Position numbers and translations under genes: made by a program. Below, piece after piece: positions 21,635 to 31,655 of a DNA stretch of 64,000 nt; within the stretch, counting starts at the first letter, position 1, and each line of letters opens with the position of its first letter. A model generated the notes under the pieces. That model made no database searches. It saw nothing but the letters and a program-made list of their open reading frames with translations, and was not told the origin of the DNA. Origin of the DNA: an uncultured delta proteobacterium (lineage in GTDB: Bacteria > Desulfobacterota > WTBG01); assembly GCA_963793865.1 (NCBI GenBank), contig CAWCBP010000001.1:960001-1024000 (forward strand), given 5' to 3'.

Positions 21635-21904
21635 TCACAAATCAGCCAATTGGATGTGTCTGCTTGATTGAAACCCGGCCTGCCGTATTCCGCCTGAGGT
21701 AAAAGGCGGCCAGGTTAAAATATTTTCTTGCAATACTTCAAAACCTATGTTACATATATCACACCTCAGCAATGAGGTAGTGAAAGGTCGATAACAAATT
21801 TGGCCCCCTCCTTTTTGGTTATCGGCCTTCTCTCTTTTTAAGGCCTGCATTAATGCATCAATTGCACATATCAGGCAATTGATGTACCTGACCGACTCAC
21901 TCAT
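21635..21904 (-). CDS. possible small hypothetical protein
   Basis: 89-aa ORF with two CxxC, downstream of the 57-aa ORF; no recognisable family. Confidence 0.25.
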   Translation of the reverse strand: MSESVRYINCLICAIDALMQALKREKADNQKGGGQICYRPFTTSLLRCDICNIGFEVLQENILTWPPFTSGGIRQAGFQSSRHIQLADL

Positions 21905-21957
21905 TGCATAAAGAGTTGCCGCCCCGAACCGGATTCAGACAGCCACGAAAATACCTG

Positions 21958-22131
21958 TCAGAATAGCCAATGATGGAGCATCTGACAGCATTTGTAGATG
22001 CCATACCAGAAGAGAAGACAAAGCGGCACAATGAGCAACCTGACCAGCTTAATCAAGCATTCTTCGCTGATAATTCTTCTCTCGTGATACCGGTGCAACT
22101 CAATTCTTTTAACAGCGGGTTGATAGCTCAT
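21958..22131 (-). CDS. small (57 aa) single-TM membrane protein
   Basis: Below the ORF-track cutoff. GGAGGAG RBS 9 nt before ATG; MSYQPAVKRIELHRYHERRIISEECLIKLVRLLIVPLCLFFWYGIYKCCQMLHHWLF. Confidence 0.6.
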   Translation of the reverse strand: MSYQPAVKRIELHRYHERRIISEECLIKLVRLLIVPLCLLFWYGIYKCCQMLHHWLF

Positions 22132-22393
22132 GTTTTATCACTCCTCCGTGCACTTACATCACCAGGCTCCTCCACAGCCGCATGACTGCAGCCAATGCGA
22201 CAAAGCACACCAATATATTGGATAGACAAACATGCATAACCCCATATATTGATTACGGTAGCAGAAATAAATTTCTTGTCAAGGCAGTATTTACCTTTCC
22301 TGAAGTTATTCGTTTTGCGTCGGCCGCCGTGTCTTATATTCTTCCGTGACGCAAACATCGGTTTTCTCAGGGAATTGCGAGCGAGGAACGGGT

Positions 22394-23188
22394 ATGAAAT
22401 ATGGGGCAATGAATCTTCCCACAAAACCTTTTACCGAGGAACTTGAAGCGCTGGGCAGGCTGGGATTTGATTATATTGAATTAACCATGGACGCCCCCGA
22501 AAGCACCCCCGAAAAAATCCTCAAGAACAAAGACACCATCAAAGAACTGCTTCAGTCCTACAATTTAGGTCTGATTGCCCATTTACCCACCTTCATAAGC
22601 ATAGCCGACCTTTATGAAAGCATCAGAAAAGCCTCGATTGAGGAAAACATTAAAGCCCTCGAGGCCGGAGTTGCCCTGGGGGTAAAAAAGTTTGTTTTGC
22701 ATCCGGGAACCATTCGCGGCCTGGCTAAACAGGTTAAAGCTCAGGCGCATAAATATGCCGATAAGAGCCTGATGACCATACTGAGCAGGGCCAGGGAATT
22801 GCAGGTCAGCATTTGCATTGAAAACATGTTTCCTGAAACGCACGGGCCAACAGAGGCTGCTGATTTCGAAAATATTTTTCAGAAATACCATGATCTTAAA
22901 TTAACCCTTGATATCGCCCACGCCCATATAGGGACCAGCAGGAACAGGTCATCCCAATTTATCGAGCGATATCCGGACAAGCTTTCACACATTCATGTCA
23001 GTGATAACTACGGCAGGGAGGATAATCATCTGCCGATAGGTGCCGGCATGATATATTTCGGAAGGATTTTTAAGGAGCTTAAAATGATCGGTTATGACGA
23101 AACCATGACCATTGAGGTGTTTTCCCGCGATCGGGACTACTTGAAGATAAGCAGGGACAAGGTGGCTCAGATGTGGCGTTCGGCATAG
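22394..23188 (+). CDS. sugar phosphate isomerase/epimerase (xylose-isomerase-like TIM barrel)
   Basis: VLHPG, IENM, LDIAHAH, HIHVSDN, DNHLPIG, TIEV metal ligands. Confidence 0.88.
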   Translation: MKYGAMNLPTKPFTEELEALGRLGFDYIELTMDAPESTPEKILKNKDTIKELLQSYNLGLIAHLPTFISIADLYESIRKASIEENIKALEAGVALGVKKFVLHPGTIRGLAKQVKAQAHKYADKSLMTILSRARELQVSICIENMFPETHGPTEAADFENIFQKYHDLKLTLDIAHAHIGTSRNRSSQFIERYPDKLSHIHVSDNYGREDNHLPIGAGMIYFGRIFKELKMIGYDETMTIEVFSRDRDYLKISRDKVAQMWRSA

Positions 23189-23198
23189 CGGCTCTTGA

Positions 23199-24362
23199 TC
23201 AGACACGCTCATACGGCTCGAACAGCTTCTTATACTCATCAAGCGCGTAGCGATCGGTCATGCCGGCAATGTAATCACAGATTACCCTCTCGCACTCCCC
23301 TTCTCGCACCCGTTCGCGATATTTCGCGGGCAGCAGGGTGGGATGAATGAGGTATGTTTCAAACAATACCGTGACATACCGCTCCGCCTTTATTCTCATT
23401 CTCTCAACCTTGTAATGGCGGTAGACGTGTTCATCCAAGAATTCCTTGAGCATTCTTGACTCTTTCTCGACCTCCGGAGAGTAGGCTATCATAGCCGCAT
23501 GAGCCGATCTGACATCCTCCGGCGTGCCGACACGATAGCGCCGTATCAGACCTTCAGAACAGGTTACAACATCATTGATAAGATAGCCGATAAGCGTGCT
23601 TATGGTCTGATGCTTCTTCTTCTGTTCTGAAATTGAAGGATATTTTTTTTCCACCCGCTCGATCATTTCGCGGCAGAGATCAACCGTCCTCAGCCGATCA
23701 AAAGTAATAAAACCGGCCTCCAGCGCGTCATCTATGTCATGGTTATTGTAGGCAATCTCATCGGCAATGTTGATAATCTGTGCCTCGAGGGTCGGAACCG
23801 TACCGGGGGAAAAATCAACGCAGCAATCAGGCGGAGGATTATCGCACCCGGTGCTGTGTTTCACAAGCCCTTCGCGCGTCTCCCAGGTTAAATTCAGCCC
23901 CGGAAAGCCCGGATACTTGTCTTCCAGCACCTCGACCACCCTTAAGCTCTGCAGGTTGTGTTCAAATCCGCCTTTGCCTTCCATCACCCGGTCGAGCGCC
24001 CGCTCACCGGAATGGCCGAATGGTGTGTGGCCGAGGTCATGTGCCAGAGCTATGGATTCCGTCAGATCTTCATTGAGCCCTAATCTCCTCGCTATCCCCT
24101 TGGCAATTTGGGCTACTTCCAGCGAATGGGTCAGGCGGGTTCTATAATAATCCCCTTCGTGATTGACAAAAACCTGCGTCTTGTACTCAAGCCTCCTGAA
24201 GGCAGAGCAATGTATAATGCGGTCGCGATCCCGTTCAAAAGCAGGGCGTTCATCCTTGAAGTCTTCGCTGTATTTTCGCCCGCGGGTTTCGGCGCTTTTC
24301 GCTGCATAAGGGGCCAAATCAGTTCTTTCTCTCGAGTTCATGGCCTGCGACCGCATCCTCAA
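23199..24362 (-). CDS. dgt: deoxyguanosinetriphosphate triphosphohydrolase-like HD protein
   Basis: FRRLEYKTQVF, RTRLTHSLEV, HDLGHTPFGHSGE, DYIAGMTD. Confidence 0.94.
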   Translation of the reverse strand: MRMRSQAMNSRERTDLAPYAAKSAETRGRKYSEDFKDERPAFERDRDRIIHCSAFRRLEYKTQVFVNHEGDYYRTRLTHSLEVAQIAKGIARRLGLNEDLTESIALAHDLGHTPFGHSGERALDRVMEGKGGFEHNLQSLRVVEVLEDKYPGFPGLNLTWETREGLVKHSTGCDNPPPDCCVDFSPGTVPTLEAQIINIADEIAYNNHDIDDALEAGFITFDRLRTVDLCREMIERVEKKYPSISEQKKKHQTISTLIGYLINDVVTCSEGLIRRYRVGTPEDVRSAHAAMIAYSPEVEKESRMLKEFLDEHVYRHYKVERMRIKAERYVTVLFETYLIHPTLLPAKYRERVREGECERVICDYIAGMTDRYALDEYKKLFEPYERV

Positions 24363-24634
24363 TCAATCCGCTTCGTATCCGTCTGAGCCCTGTTCCAAGC
24401 GTGTCACGGTTTGTTTTAACACCGCCCCTGACGCTTCAAGATCTATGGTGCGGAGTGGAGTAAATCATTACACCGCTTCAAAATCAAGCATTTTGTTTCA
24501 GGTGCATGCAAAGCCGCATGGCACACGCCCCGCCATAAAAAACACCCTGCGATAATTCAACCGGGCGTTTGCGCTCACATGTTGATGATGAAAAGCACTG
24601 TGCTTCTGATAGAAAGGGGAATACCGGTGACAGC

Positions 24635-25732
24635 CTACTGCAGGGTATAGGTGCGTGATTGAGAACGATAAGAAAAAGTCATCCCCTGGCTCTTGTATAT
24701 CTCCCCGGTTGTCAGCAGACCTGATTCCACCAGGGTCTCCAGTCTGTCAGGATAGCTCCCCTGCTCCCAAAAATACACCTGCAACGCGTTTCTGATCTTA
24801 ACCGACTTGCCCGGCTGCAGGCTTTCAGACGTCAGATTAATCAGGGCATTGGGTGACATCTGCCGGAATGCAGTTTTTAAATCCGGCGGCGCCATGCTGA
24901 AAAGACCTATGGCAATCAATGCCAGCGCTGCGTACCACCCTGCCGCAAAAATCCGCCTGCCCAACAGCTGCTGCCATGAACGGGCAGTGCCTGCCGCCAG
25001 ATTTTCCTTTGCCACCAGTTCGATCAGTTCCTTGTCGAGAAGCGCCCTGAGCGCCTGCGCAGTGGCAAAATTGCCCAGCAAGGATCTATCCGTCAGTGCT
25101 GAGACACTCAGGCAACCATCCAGAAGGTTAAAGACGATTTTCTGATCCTGGGTCATGGCGGCTTCCGCATCCTCAGCGGCAGTTCCGCCGGCATCACGAT
25201 CCGTTTTTTTAAACACCGCATTTAGCGACGAAATGCTTTTGAGCAGGAGGGGCCATTCATCCATCATGCGCAGCACATCCAGAATGATGTGCTCCAACCC
25301 CAGCGGCGTAAATACCCGTTCATTAAAGTTTACCGGTGCCGGCTGAAACACGTAACTTCCATCCTTCCACTGAAACAGCTCCGAGAAGGTGTCATAGATC
25401 TGGTTGTGGACTATGCGGTCCAGGGTTTCTCTGCTCATGATATTCATTTCAACCAGCACTTCGCCGATATGCTGGCGATTTTTCCGCTGAATGCTGAGCG
25501 CCCGCTGAAGCTGCCCCTCGCTGACAAGGCCGGATCGGAGCAATCTCTCTCCCAGCAACTCTTTATCATCCTTGGCCACCGGATGAGCGCTGACGATCAT
25601 TCCGTTCCAAAAAAGCACCTCGATGCTCTCAGTTCCTCGCTGAACCAGCAGCACACCGGTCTTCTGCTGCTGGCTGATGAGCTGCAGTATATCCGCCACA
25701 CCGAAATCAACTATTTTACCCTCTAAGGCCAC
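24635..25732 (-). CDS. DUF4388 (PATAN-like) domain membrane protein
   Basis: MALEGKIVDFGVADILQLI...KTGVL...NGMIVSA, LGERLLRSGLVSEGQLQRAL (MshEN-like), FQWKDGSYVF; C-terminal TM. Confidence 0.8.
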   Translation of the reverse strand: MALEGKIVDFGVADILQLISQQQKTGVLLVQRGTESIEVLFWNGMIVSAHPVAKDDKELLGERLLRSGLVSEGQLQRALSIQRKNRQHIGEVLVEMNIMSRETLDRIVHNQIYDTFSELFQWKDGSYVFQPAPVNFNERVFTPLGLEHIILDVLRMMDEWPLLLKSISSLNAVFKKTDRDAGGTAAEDAEAAMTQDQKIVFNLLDGCLSVSALTDRSLLGNFATAQALRALLDKELIELVAKENLAAGTARSWQQLLGRRIFAAGWYAALALIAIGLFSMAPPDLKTAFRQMSPNALINLTSESLQPGKSVKIRNALQVYFWEQGSYPDRLETLVESGLLTTGEIYKSQGMTFSYRSQSRTYTLQ

Positions 25733-25760
25733 AACGGTACTCCTTTCGACCTTTCACCCG

Positions 25761-27671
25761 CTACTCCTTGATCTGAAGCTCCCGACGGGTAACGCGAATC
25801 AATGAAATAAACTGAAACAGTTTCATGGAAGAAAAATTAAAATGACCCAAGGAGTAGAGATAGAGAATGCACAGCGGAATGGCGATTAAAAGCAGGTCCA
25901 GATATGCAGACCCGCCCATGAGCTGCCAGGGGTTGACCGCCAGCCTGTTCCAGAGCAACAGTTTGGAAATCAAAACAAGGAAAAGGAAAAGAACCGCAGT
26001 GCCCCTGAAGGGATGATCAAAAAGAAGATGTCCGGAACCCGGCATCAGGAGCGACAAAAGCTTGCCGACAAAAATCTTACGGCCCTGATATCTCTCAATG
26101 GAAGCCACCTGAGACTCTTTCTTCGAGATACTGATCATTATATCACTGGCATTCTTGAAAATGCCCGCGCATTGCTTGCAGAGCTTGTACTCGGCTAGCA
26201 GTCGCTTGCATTTCCGGCATACCGCACAACCACAATATTCACATGCCATTGAGCGGTTTTGACTGTGACGGTCGGCAAACAGCAAAAGGACAAACAACAG
26301 GAATACCAGAAAGGTTCCGTATCGGTATTTATATGAAATGCCTGAAAAAAAACCGTCCCAAAGACGCGCACCAAAGCGGTCCTTTTCCTTTGAGGCGGTA
26401 AATGTCTTCTGCCAGAGTTCCCCCGTGGTAATTGTCTGGTCCACTACCTGCCGGTTCATGTGTGTCGAATATATATTTAAAAAGGAGTCAACGCGGCCAG
26501 CGTTAAGCTGCTTGGCCTTGTTAAAGCTTTTTGTACTTTCAGCGAACATATACTCTAGCAGCTGTACGCGGCTGAGATTATAATAGCCTTCCACGCTGTC
26601 AGGACAGAGCTCAAGAGCGCGTCCGTAATTGGAAATTGCGGCATCAAGCTTTTTCTCAGCCACATACGCGTTGCCCAGGTTGCACCAGGCCCTGCAGTTG
26701 AAAGGCTCCTGCTCCAGAAGGGCGGCATATAACCGCTGAGCCTCTTTGATGCGCCCTTCCCGCTTATTGAGCAGGGCCAGCGCAAACAGGGCATCCGCAT
26801 CGTATGGTTGCTCTTGCACCTGTTGTGCCAGCATCCGCGCCGTTTCTTCTCCCCAGTTTTCCTGATTGACCTGGCTGGTATAATATTCTGTTCCCGAGGA
26901 TTGGGCCACCATGAGCTGCGCAAGGGTCTGCATGATGATGGGGGACAGTAAAAAAAATACGGCAAAAATGATGATCAGTTGCTGTTCCCGGCGGTTATGA
27001 TACAGGAAGAGCAATAACAGCCAATAAAACGAGGCCAGAAATATGCTCCATTGTAAAAAAAGAGGAAGCAAAAAAATAAGCACGGCGCAGCAAACGGTAA
27101 AGTGCCTCGGCAGTAAAACAGGCAGCAGATGACCCAGGTCATGGGCGAACAGCTTGCAATACTTATAAATTGATATCAGGGAATAAACCGCGATAGTCAG
27201 CAGCAGGGCATATATAACCACGAACAGCATCCGGGTAAGCGGAACGGCGGCTGGAACATAATTGGTAACGGTTGCATAAAGGTATCCATAGAGTCCTTCG
27301 AACAGCGTATCAAGTTTAAATTTGTTTTCCGTCCAGCAAACCGCTGCCAGGTTTATGTGTGCGGGTGGGTAATCAGGCGCAATTTTAACGGCATATTCAG
27401 CATATGCCCGCGCTGTTTCGCCATTCCCATCCCGCAGAAAACGTTTGCTGGCCCTGATGAGAAAGCAGGAGGCAACCGACAAATTCGCTGCGCCGCGATC
27501 AAGCTTAAACTGGTAGAGACGCTCAAGGTCATCCCGGCTGAGCGGCGTCTTCTGTGACAGAATGGCATCAACCGTGGTAGAGGCGTGAACGAGCGGCGAC
27601 ACTGTGCACAAAATCAATGCTACCCAGAGCATCGCAGCTGCTCTTATCATATGAGGCACGCCGCTGGTCAC
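25761..27671 (-). CDS. multi-TM tetratricopeptide repeat protein with Cys cluster
   Basis: TPR patterns (AWCNLGNAY, GYYNLS), several TM segments, CEYCG/CRKC/CKQC. Confidence 0.78.
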   Translation of the reverse strand: MTSGVPHMIRAAAMLWVALILCTVSPLVHASTTVDAILSQKTPLSRDDLERLYQFKLDRGAANLSVASCFLIRASKRFLRDGNGETARAYAEYAVKIAPDYPPAHINLAAVCWTENKFKLDTLFEGLYGYLYATVTNYVPAAVPLTRMLFVVIYALLLTIAVYSLISIYKYCKLFAHDLGHLLPVLLPRHFTVCCAVLIFLLPLFLQWSIFLASFYWLLLLFLYHNRREQQLIIIFAVFFLLSPIIMQTLAQLMVAQSSGTEYYTSQVNQENWGEETARMLAQQVQEQPYDADALFALALLNKREGRIKEAQRLYAALLEQEPFNCRAWCNLGNAYVAEKKLDAAISNYGRALELCPDSVEGYYNLSRVQLLEYMFAESTKSFNKAKQLNAGRVDSFLNIYSTHMNRQVVDQTITTGELWQKTFTASKEKDRFGARLWDGFFSGISYKYRYGTFLVFLLFVLLLFADRHSQNRSMACEYCGCAVCRKCKRLLAEYKLCKQCAGIFKNASDIMISISKKESQVASIERYQGRKIFVGKLLSLLMPGSGHLLFDHPFRGTAVLFLFLVLISKLLLWNRLAVNPWQLMGGSAYLDLLLIAIPLCILYLYSLGHFNFSSMKLFQFISLIRVTRRELQIKE

Positions 27672-27736
27672 GTGTTTTATCTCTCCGGTTCTGAGGATCA
27701 GGTCTGCCTGCGGCAGCAGTGGTCAATCACAGAACT

Positions 27737-29062
27737 CTAGATGCGATGATTATTCGCAATATTGTTAATGCTGATGGTCAACTCCACCTTCAGCGGTGTA
27801 TTGTTTCCCTTGAGCTTCATAACCATTGGAATGGTAACAGCATGATCAGATGCCTTGCGCGGCTGGTCGCAGGAGACTATTTCCAGCCCCTGCGCACCAT
27901 TCCCGTCATCGGGAGCGTTGTTCACCGGCAGATCGGCAGGCACTCTCAGCAGATTCGCGGCGGCGACAGGCTTCAGCAGCACAGGGCCCGTCGTGCCGGC
28001 AGCGGTTTTGATGACGGTCATCTGCTCCTCGGATACGAGATTTACCCTGCAGATGGGGCATTGTTTAACATTGGGCTTGAATTTTAATGAGCACCTCGGG
28101 CAGGTCCGCTTCCCGTCCTCGATGGTAACTTCATTGGGTTGGGATATCTCTCCCGGAGCCGGCACATGGCCTTCCTGCTCTTCTGCTCCCGCGTCCTCCG
28201 TGGTGCATGTACCTCCGGCTGCTGCTGCAGCCGGCTGGCCTTTCAATGGATCGGGCGCCGCATGCCCTGCCTGAACCGCGCTCCCATCCATCTTTGCGGT
28301 GGCCCCGATTGCGTCAGCACCTGTCTGTTCCCCAGTCTGTGATAAGGGCTTATCATTCAGGGTATCGCCTGCAGGAGCAGCATCATCAGCCAGGGTCAAC
28401 TGCGGCAGCTCCGCTCCGGTCTGGCCTCGGCCGGGCGCCGTGTCTGCGGCAGCTCTGCTGACCGGCCTCTCCGATTTAGATTTGTTCTGCATTTGATTAA
28501 GAACCAGCTTACAGCACATGGTCAGGGTTTCCATCACTCCTTTGCCGCTCAGGGCACATGCTTCAAAAAACGGGGCCCGCATGCTGTTAAGCTGTTCGTT
28601 CATGACAGTGATCGGAACCAGGTCAGGCAGGTCCCGCTTATTATACTGAATAACCAGCGGAATGGATTCGAGGGTCTTGTTGTAATATTTTAAATTGTCC
28701 CTCAGATCGTTGAGGCTTTCAATGTTCTCTTTCATCATGCCGTTTTGTGAGTCGGCCACAAATATCACCCCGTCAACCCCGGTTAAAACCGCCTTTCTGG
28801 TAAGGGTGTAGAACACCTGTCCGGGAACGGTATAAATATGGAACCTGGTTTTAAAGCCCCTGATGTTTTCCAGCTGAATGGGCAGAAAATCAAAGAAAAG
28901 GGTTCTGTCGTCTTTGGTCGCAAGGGAGATCAATTCACCCCGTTGCTGGGGATTTAAATTGAGGTGAACGGACTTAAGGTTGGTGGTTTTTCCGCACAGT
29001 GCGGGACCATAATACACCACCTTGATATCGATCTCTTTTTTTTGTGGATTAAACACTACCAT
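27737..29062 (-). CDS. mglA: MglA-family small GTPase with ~250-aa C-terminal extension containing a Zn ribbon
   Basis: KVVYYGPALCGKTTNL, DRTLFFDFLP, TVPGQVFY, VADSQ, QYNKRDLP; CPRC...CPIC in the tail. Confidence 0.85.
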   Translation of the reverse strand: MVVFNPQKKEIDIKVVYYGPALCGKTTNLKSVHLNLNPQQRGELISLATKDDRTLFFDFLPIQLENIRGFKTRFHIYTVPGQVFYTLTRKAVLTGVDGVIFVADSQNGMMKENIESLNDLRDNLKYYNKTLESIPLVIQYNKRDLPDLVPITVMNEQLNSMRAPFFEACALSGKGVMETLTMCCKLVLNQMQNKSKSERPVSRAAADTAPGRGQTGAELPQLTLADDAAPAGDTLNDKPLSQTGEQTGADAIGATAKMDGSAVQAGHAAPDPLKGQPAAAAAGGTCTTEDAGAEEQEGHVPAPGEISQPNEVTIEDGKRTCPRCSLKFKPNVKQCPICRVNLVSEEQMTVIKTAAGTTGPVLLKPVAAANLLRVPADLPVNNAPDDGNGAQGLEIVSCDQPRKASDHAVTIPMVMKLKGNNTPLKVELTISINNIANNHRI

Positions 29063-29148
29063 AGGATGTCCCGCCTTTTTGCTGTTAACGAGCGTACATG
29101 GTCAGCCGGACTGCTGAAACCTTTTTGCGCGACAGATGCCGGTAAAGG

Positions 29149-30255
29149 TCATGACACTTCAGCCAGCTCGCGCTTGACTTCCCTGAACCCGCTATCCGCG
29201 TCACATATCTTTTTAAAAAGCTTGTGAGCCTTCCTCAATCGGCCCTTCATTTTGTAGGTCACGGCCATTTCGTAGAGCAGGGCATTTTTCTTCTCTGCGG
29301 TCAGGTCTTTGTTCTTCAAACCCTTTTTGAGATATCTGATGGCATCCTTGAAAAGCCCGCGCTCCCGGGCGCAGGCAGCCAGCATGAGATGGCAGTCAGT
29401 GCTCCTCAGAGGATTCTCCATGGCCTTGCTCAGTTCGTCTACGGCATCTTCGTAGCGGCCGATCGTGTGATACGCGGTACCAAGATTGTAGTGGTACAGA
29501 CTGTCATCCTGCCCGCTCGCCGCCGATCCTTCCTGACGTATCTCCCTGAAGATTTCCTCAAAGCCCGACAGGGCATCCCGGGCGTTGCTCTCATCGATGC
29601 CATCCCTTTCAGCCATAGCCGGCAATTCCGTTTCCCAATCGCATTCCAGGGCGGCGCCAAGGTCAAAAAATGTATCCAGCTGCTGCTCTGCCTCGCGAGA
29701 AGGCTCGGCGGGACGGTTTCCGGTTACGGCATCCGATAACTCCCAATCCATGCCGTGTGACTTATGGTCAACCGATTCCGGCGCAATCCTTTTTTCCGCA
29801 TAAAACTGCGCTATCTTCTTCTTTACGTAGATGCTTTGCGGATCAATGGAAAACATCATCTCCAGTGTCTCAGTCACCTTTTCCCGCAGGCCGCGGTCAC
29901 AATAGTGACGGGCCAGCTTTTCACAGGTTGCTACCGCATCGCCCATGATGCCCTCCCTCCGGTACAGGTCCGAGAGCACATGATAGGTGGAGATCTGCTC
30001 CGGGTCAATGCTGATAACCTGCTTGTAAATTGCGGCGGCTATCTGGCACAACCCGTTTGTTTCATATAATTGCGCCGCATGAAGATATTGTTCTATCGCC
30101 TTCTGACGCTGCCCCATTTTCAGCAGCACGTCAGCTATGCGAAGATGAACCCTTATGTCGTCGGGGTGCTGTTCGGCGAAGGCATAAAACTCGTTGAGCT
30201 CATGTACCAGCTTCTTTTCAGGGGCGGATTTAAAGAATAATCCAGATACCTTCAT
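29149..30255 (-). CDS. tetratricopeptide repeat protein (SgmX-like C-terminal TPRs)
   Basis: N-terminal TPRs, FFDLGAAL acidic linker, HYNLGTAY, LLYEMA, FREVKREL end. Confidence 0.75.
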   Translation of the reverse strand: MKVSGLFFKSAPEKKLVHELNEFYAFAEQHPDDIRVHLRIADVLLKMGQRQKAIEQYLHAAQLYETNGLCQIAAAIYKQVISIDPEQISTYHVLSDLYRREGIMGDAVATCEKLARHYCDRGLREKVTETLEMMFSIDPQSIYVKKKIAQFYAEKRIAPESVDHKSHGMDWELSDAVTGNRPAEPSREAEQQLDTFFDLGAALECDWETELPAMAERDGIDESNARDALSGFEEIFREIRQEGSAASGQDDSLYHYNLGTAYHTIGRYEDAVDELSKAMENPLRSTDCHLMLAACARERGLFKDAIRYLKKGLKNKDLTAEKKNALLYEMAVTYKMKGRLRKAHKLFKKICDADSGFREVKRELAEVS

Positions 30256-30300
30256 CTCGGTTCCTCACGGATGCTATCCATTGCTTGTTGGCGTATACGC

Positions 30301-30663
30301 TCATGCCTTCTGCTTTGCCTTTGCCAGCCGGCACCGCTCTTCTTCCAGGGCCCTTTTACCGGACGCGATGGCCTCCAGAATTTCCTGTTTCTTGAGTTCG
30401 GCAAGCTCCCTGCCGTCATCCATCAGCCGATCCGCCTTATGCCTGATGCCCTGTATGACATCGCTCATGGCCTGTTTCAGATCATCTTCCATGCGGTGCA
30501 TCTTGATGATGGTTCTCTCGGCCTTTTCCCTCATTTCACGCCTGGTGTACTCACCGGACTGCGGAGCAAAGAGCAGTGCAAGACCGGCCCCTATCGCGCT
30601 CCCGGCAAGAAATGATACCAGAGATGCTGTCAGATAATTATCCTCCCCATGCTGGCGCATCAT
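30301..30663 (-). CDS. YtxH-domain protein
   Basis: FLAGSAIGAGLALLFAPQSGEYTR; AGGAGG RBS. Confidence 0.88.
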   Translation of the reverse strand: MMRQHGEDNYLTASLVSFLAGSAIGAGLALLFAPQSGEYTRREMREKAERTIIKMHRMEDDLKQAMSDVIQGIRHKADRLMDDGRELAELKKQEILEAIASGKRALEEERCRLAKAKQKA

Positions 30664-30715
30664 GCTCCTCCTTTCCGGCTTGTAAGCATATTCTTCAGGT
30701 GCCGCCCGGCGGCAG

Positions 30716-31120
30716 TCATCGCTTTCTGTCAAAAAAGAAAAAATTGAACGTCCGGCTCAGCCCCTTCATAAATGCCGCCAGATCTATCAGTGGCTCAGCA
30801 ATGGCATTGTGCAGCACATATCCCGTTTTGGCGTATGTATCAACCAGGGAAAGAAGGCTTTTGCCGATCTGATCCGCAACCACATCAACCCGCTGCACCT
30901 GCACGCGCACGGTGTCCGTGACACCGGCCACATCCCGGCTCACTTTAGTCAGCATGGTGAGCACCGGATTGACTCCCGTTTCCAGGTGCGTTATCAGGTT
31001 TTCTGTTAACCTGCCCAACCGCCTTACTTCCAGCAGGATAAAAACCATCGCCGCTATGAGCACAACAAGGGCTGCCGTAATGATGATAAGACACACGCAT
31101 ATAACCATATCCGTATTCAT
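30716..31120 (-). CDS. DUF948 (YtxG-like) membrane protein
   Basis: N-terminal TM plus amphipathic helices; typical partner upstream of YtxH. Confidence 0.72.
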   Translation of the reverse strand: MNTDMVICVCLIIITAALVVLIAAMVFILLEVRRLGRLTENLITHLETGVNPVLTMLTKVSRDVAGVTDTVRVQVQRVDVVADQIGKSLLSLVDTYAKTGYVLHNAIAEPLIDLAAFMKGLSRTFNFFFFDRKR

Positions 31121-31655
31121 AATTCTGCTCCCGTCACAGGTTAAAGTATCGGATAAAAATAAAATTTCTTTAATGTAGTTTTAAACTTTTTCACGTTCAC
31201 ACCGTTACACTTGAATTTTGCAACCCGCAAAACCGCAGGAAACAATCCGGGTCCAAAATCTATCGACGTCTGCGGTCAGGCCGCTGAGCCTAGCAGTTAA
31301 GTGCTTTTATTCTGACAGAAACATAATAATTTGTAAACTTCAAATGTGGCACTCTATGCAACTCAATGCTCTACAAGTTATAGGTTAAACAGAAAGATCG
31401 TGGAGTGTGACGCCAAAATCATAAACCACTCATAGGCGTGATTTTATAATTTTCAGATTTGACGTAAATAGTGGACATGCATTTTTTATCGCTGTATCAT
31501 GAGAATGCTCAGCAGGAATGTTGAAACTGACAGCGATGGTACCGGGCTGCCGCATTTCTTTTCTCTTGAAATAACTCCGGCTCTGTGACATCATGTGCCC
31601 ATCAAAGGCGCATGCATTCCTGTTATGTGCAACCGACACAACCTTCTTCAAAGCA

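Noticed and set aside
21625..22390. Possible integrative element at tRNA-Thr
   Set aside because: No integrase and no duplicated tRNA 3' end seen
31200..31330. Possible riboswitch or ncRNA in the DUF948/SPOR intergenic region
   Set aside because: No recognisable consensus or convincing extended pairing
31347..31360. Sigma54-like TGGCAC...TGCA
   Set aside because: GG-to-GC spacing is 8 nt, not the required 10
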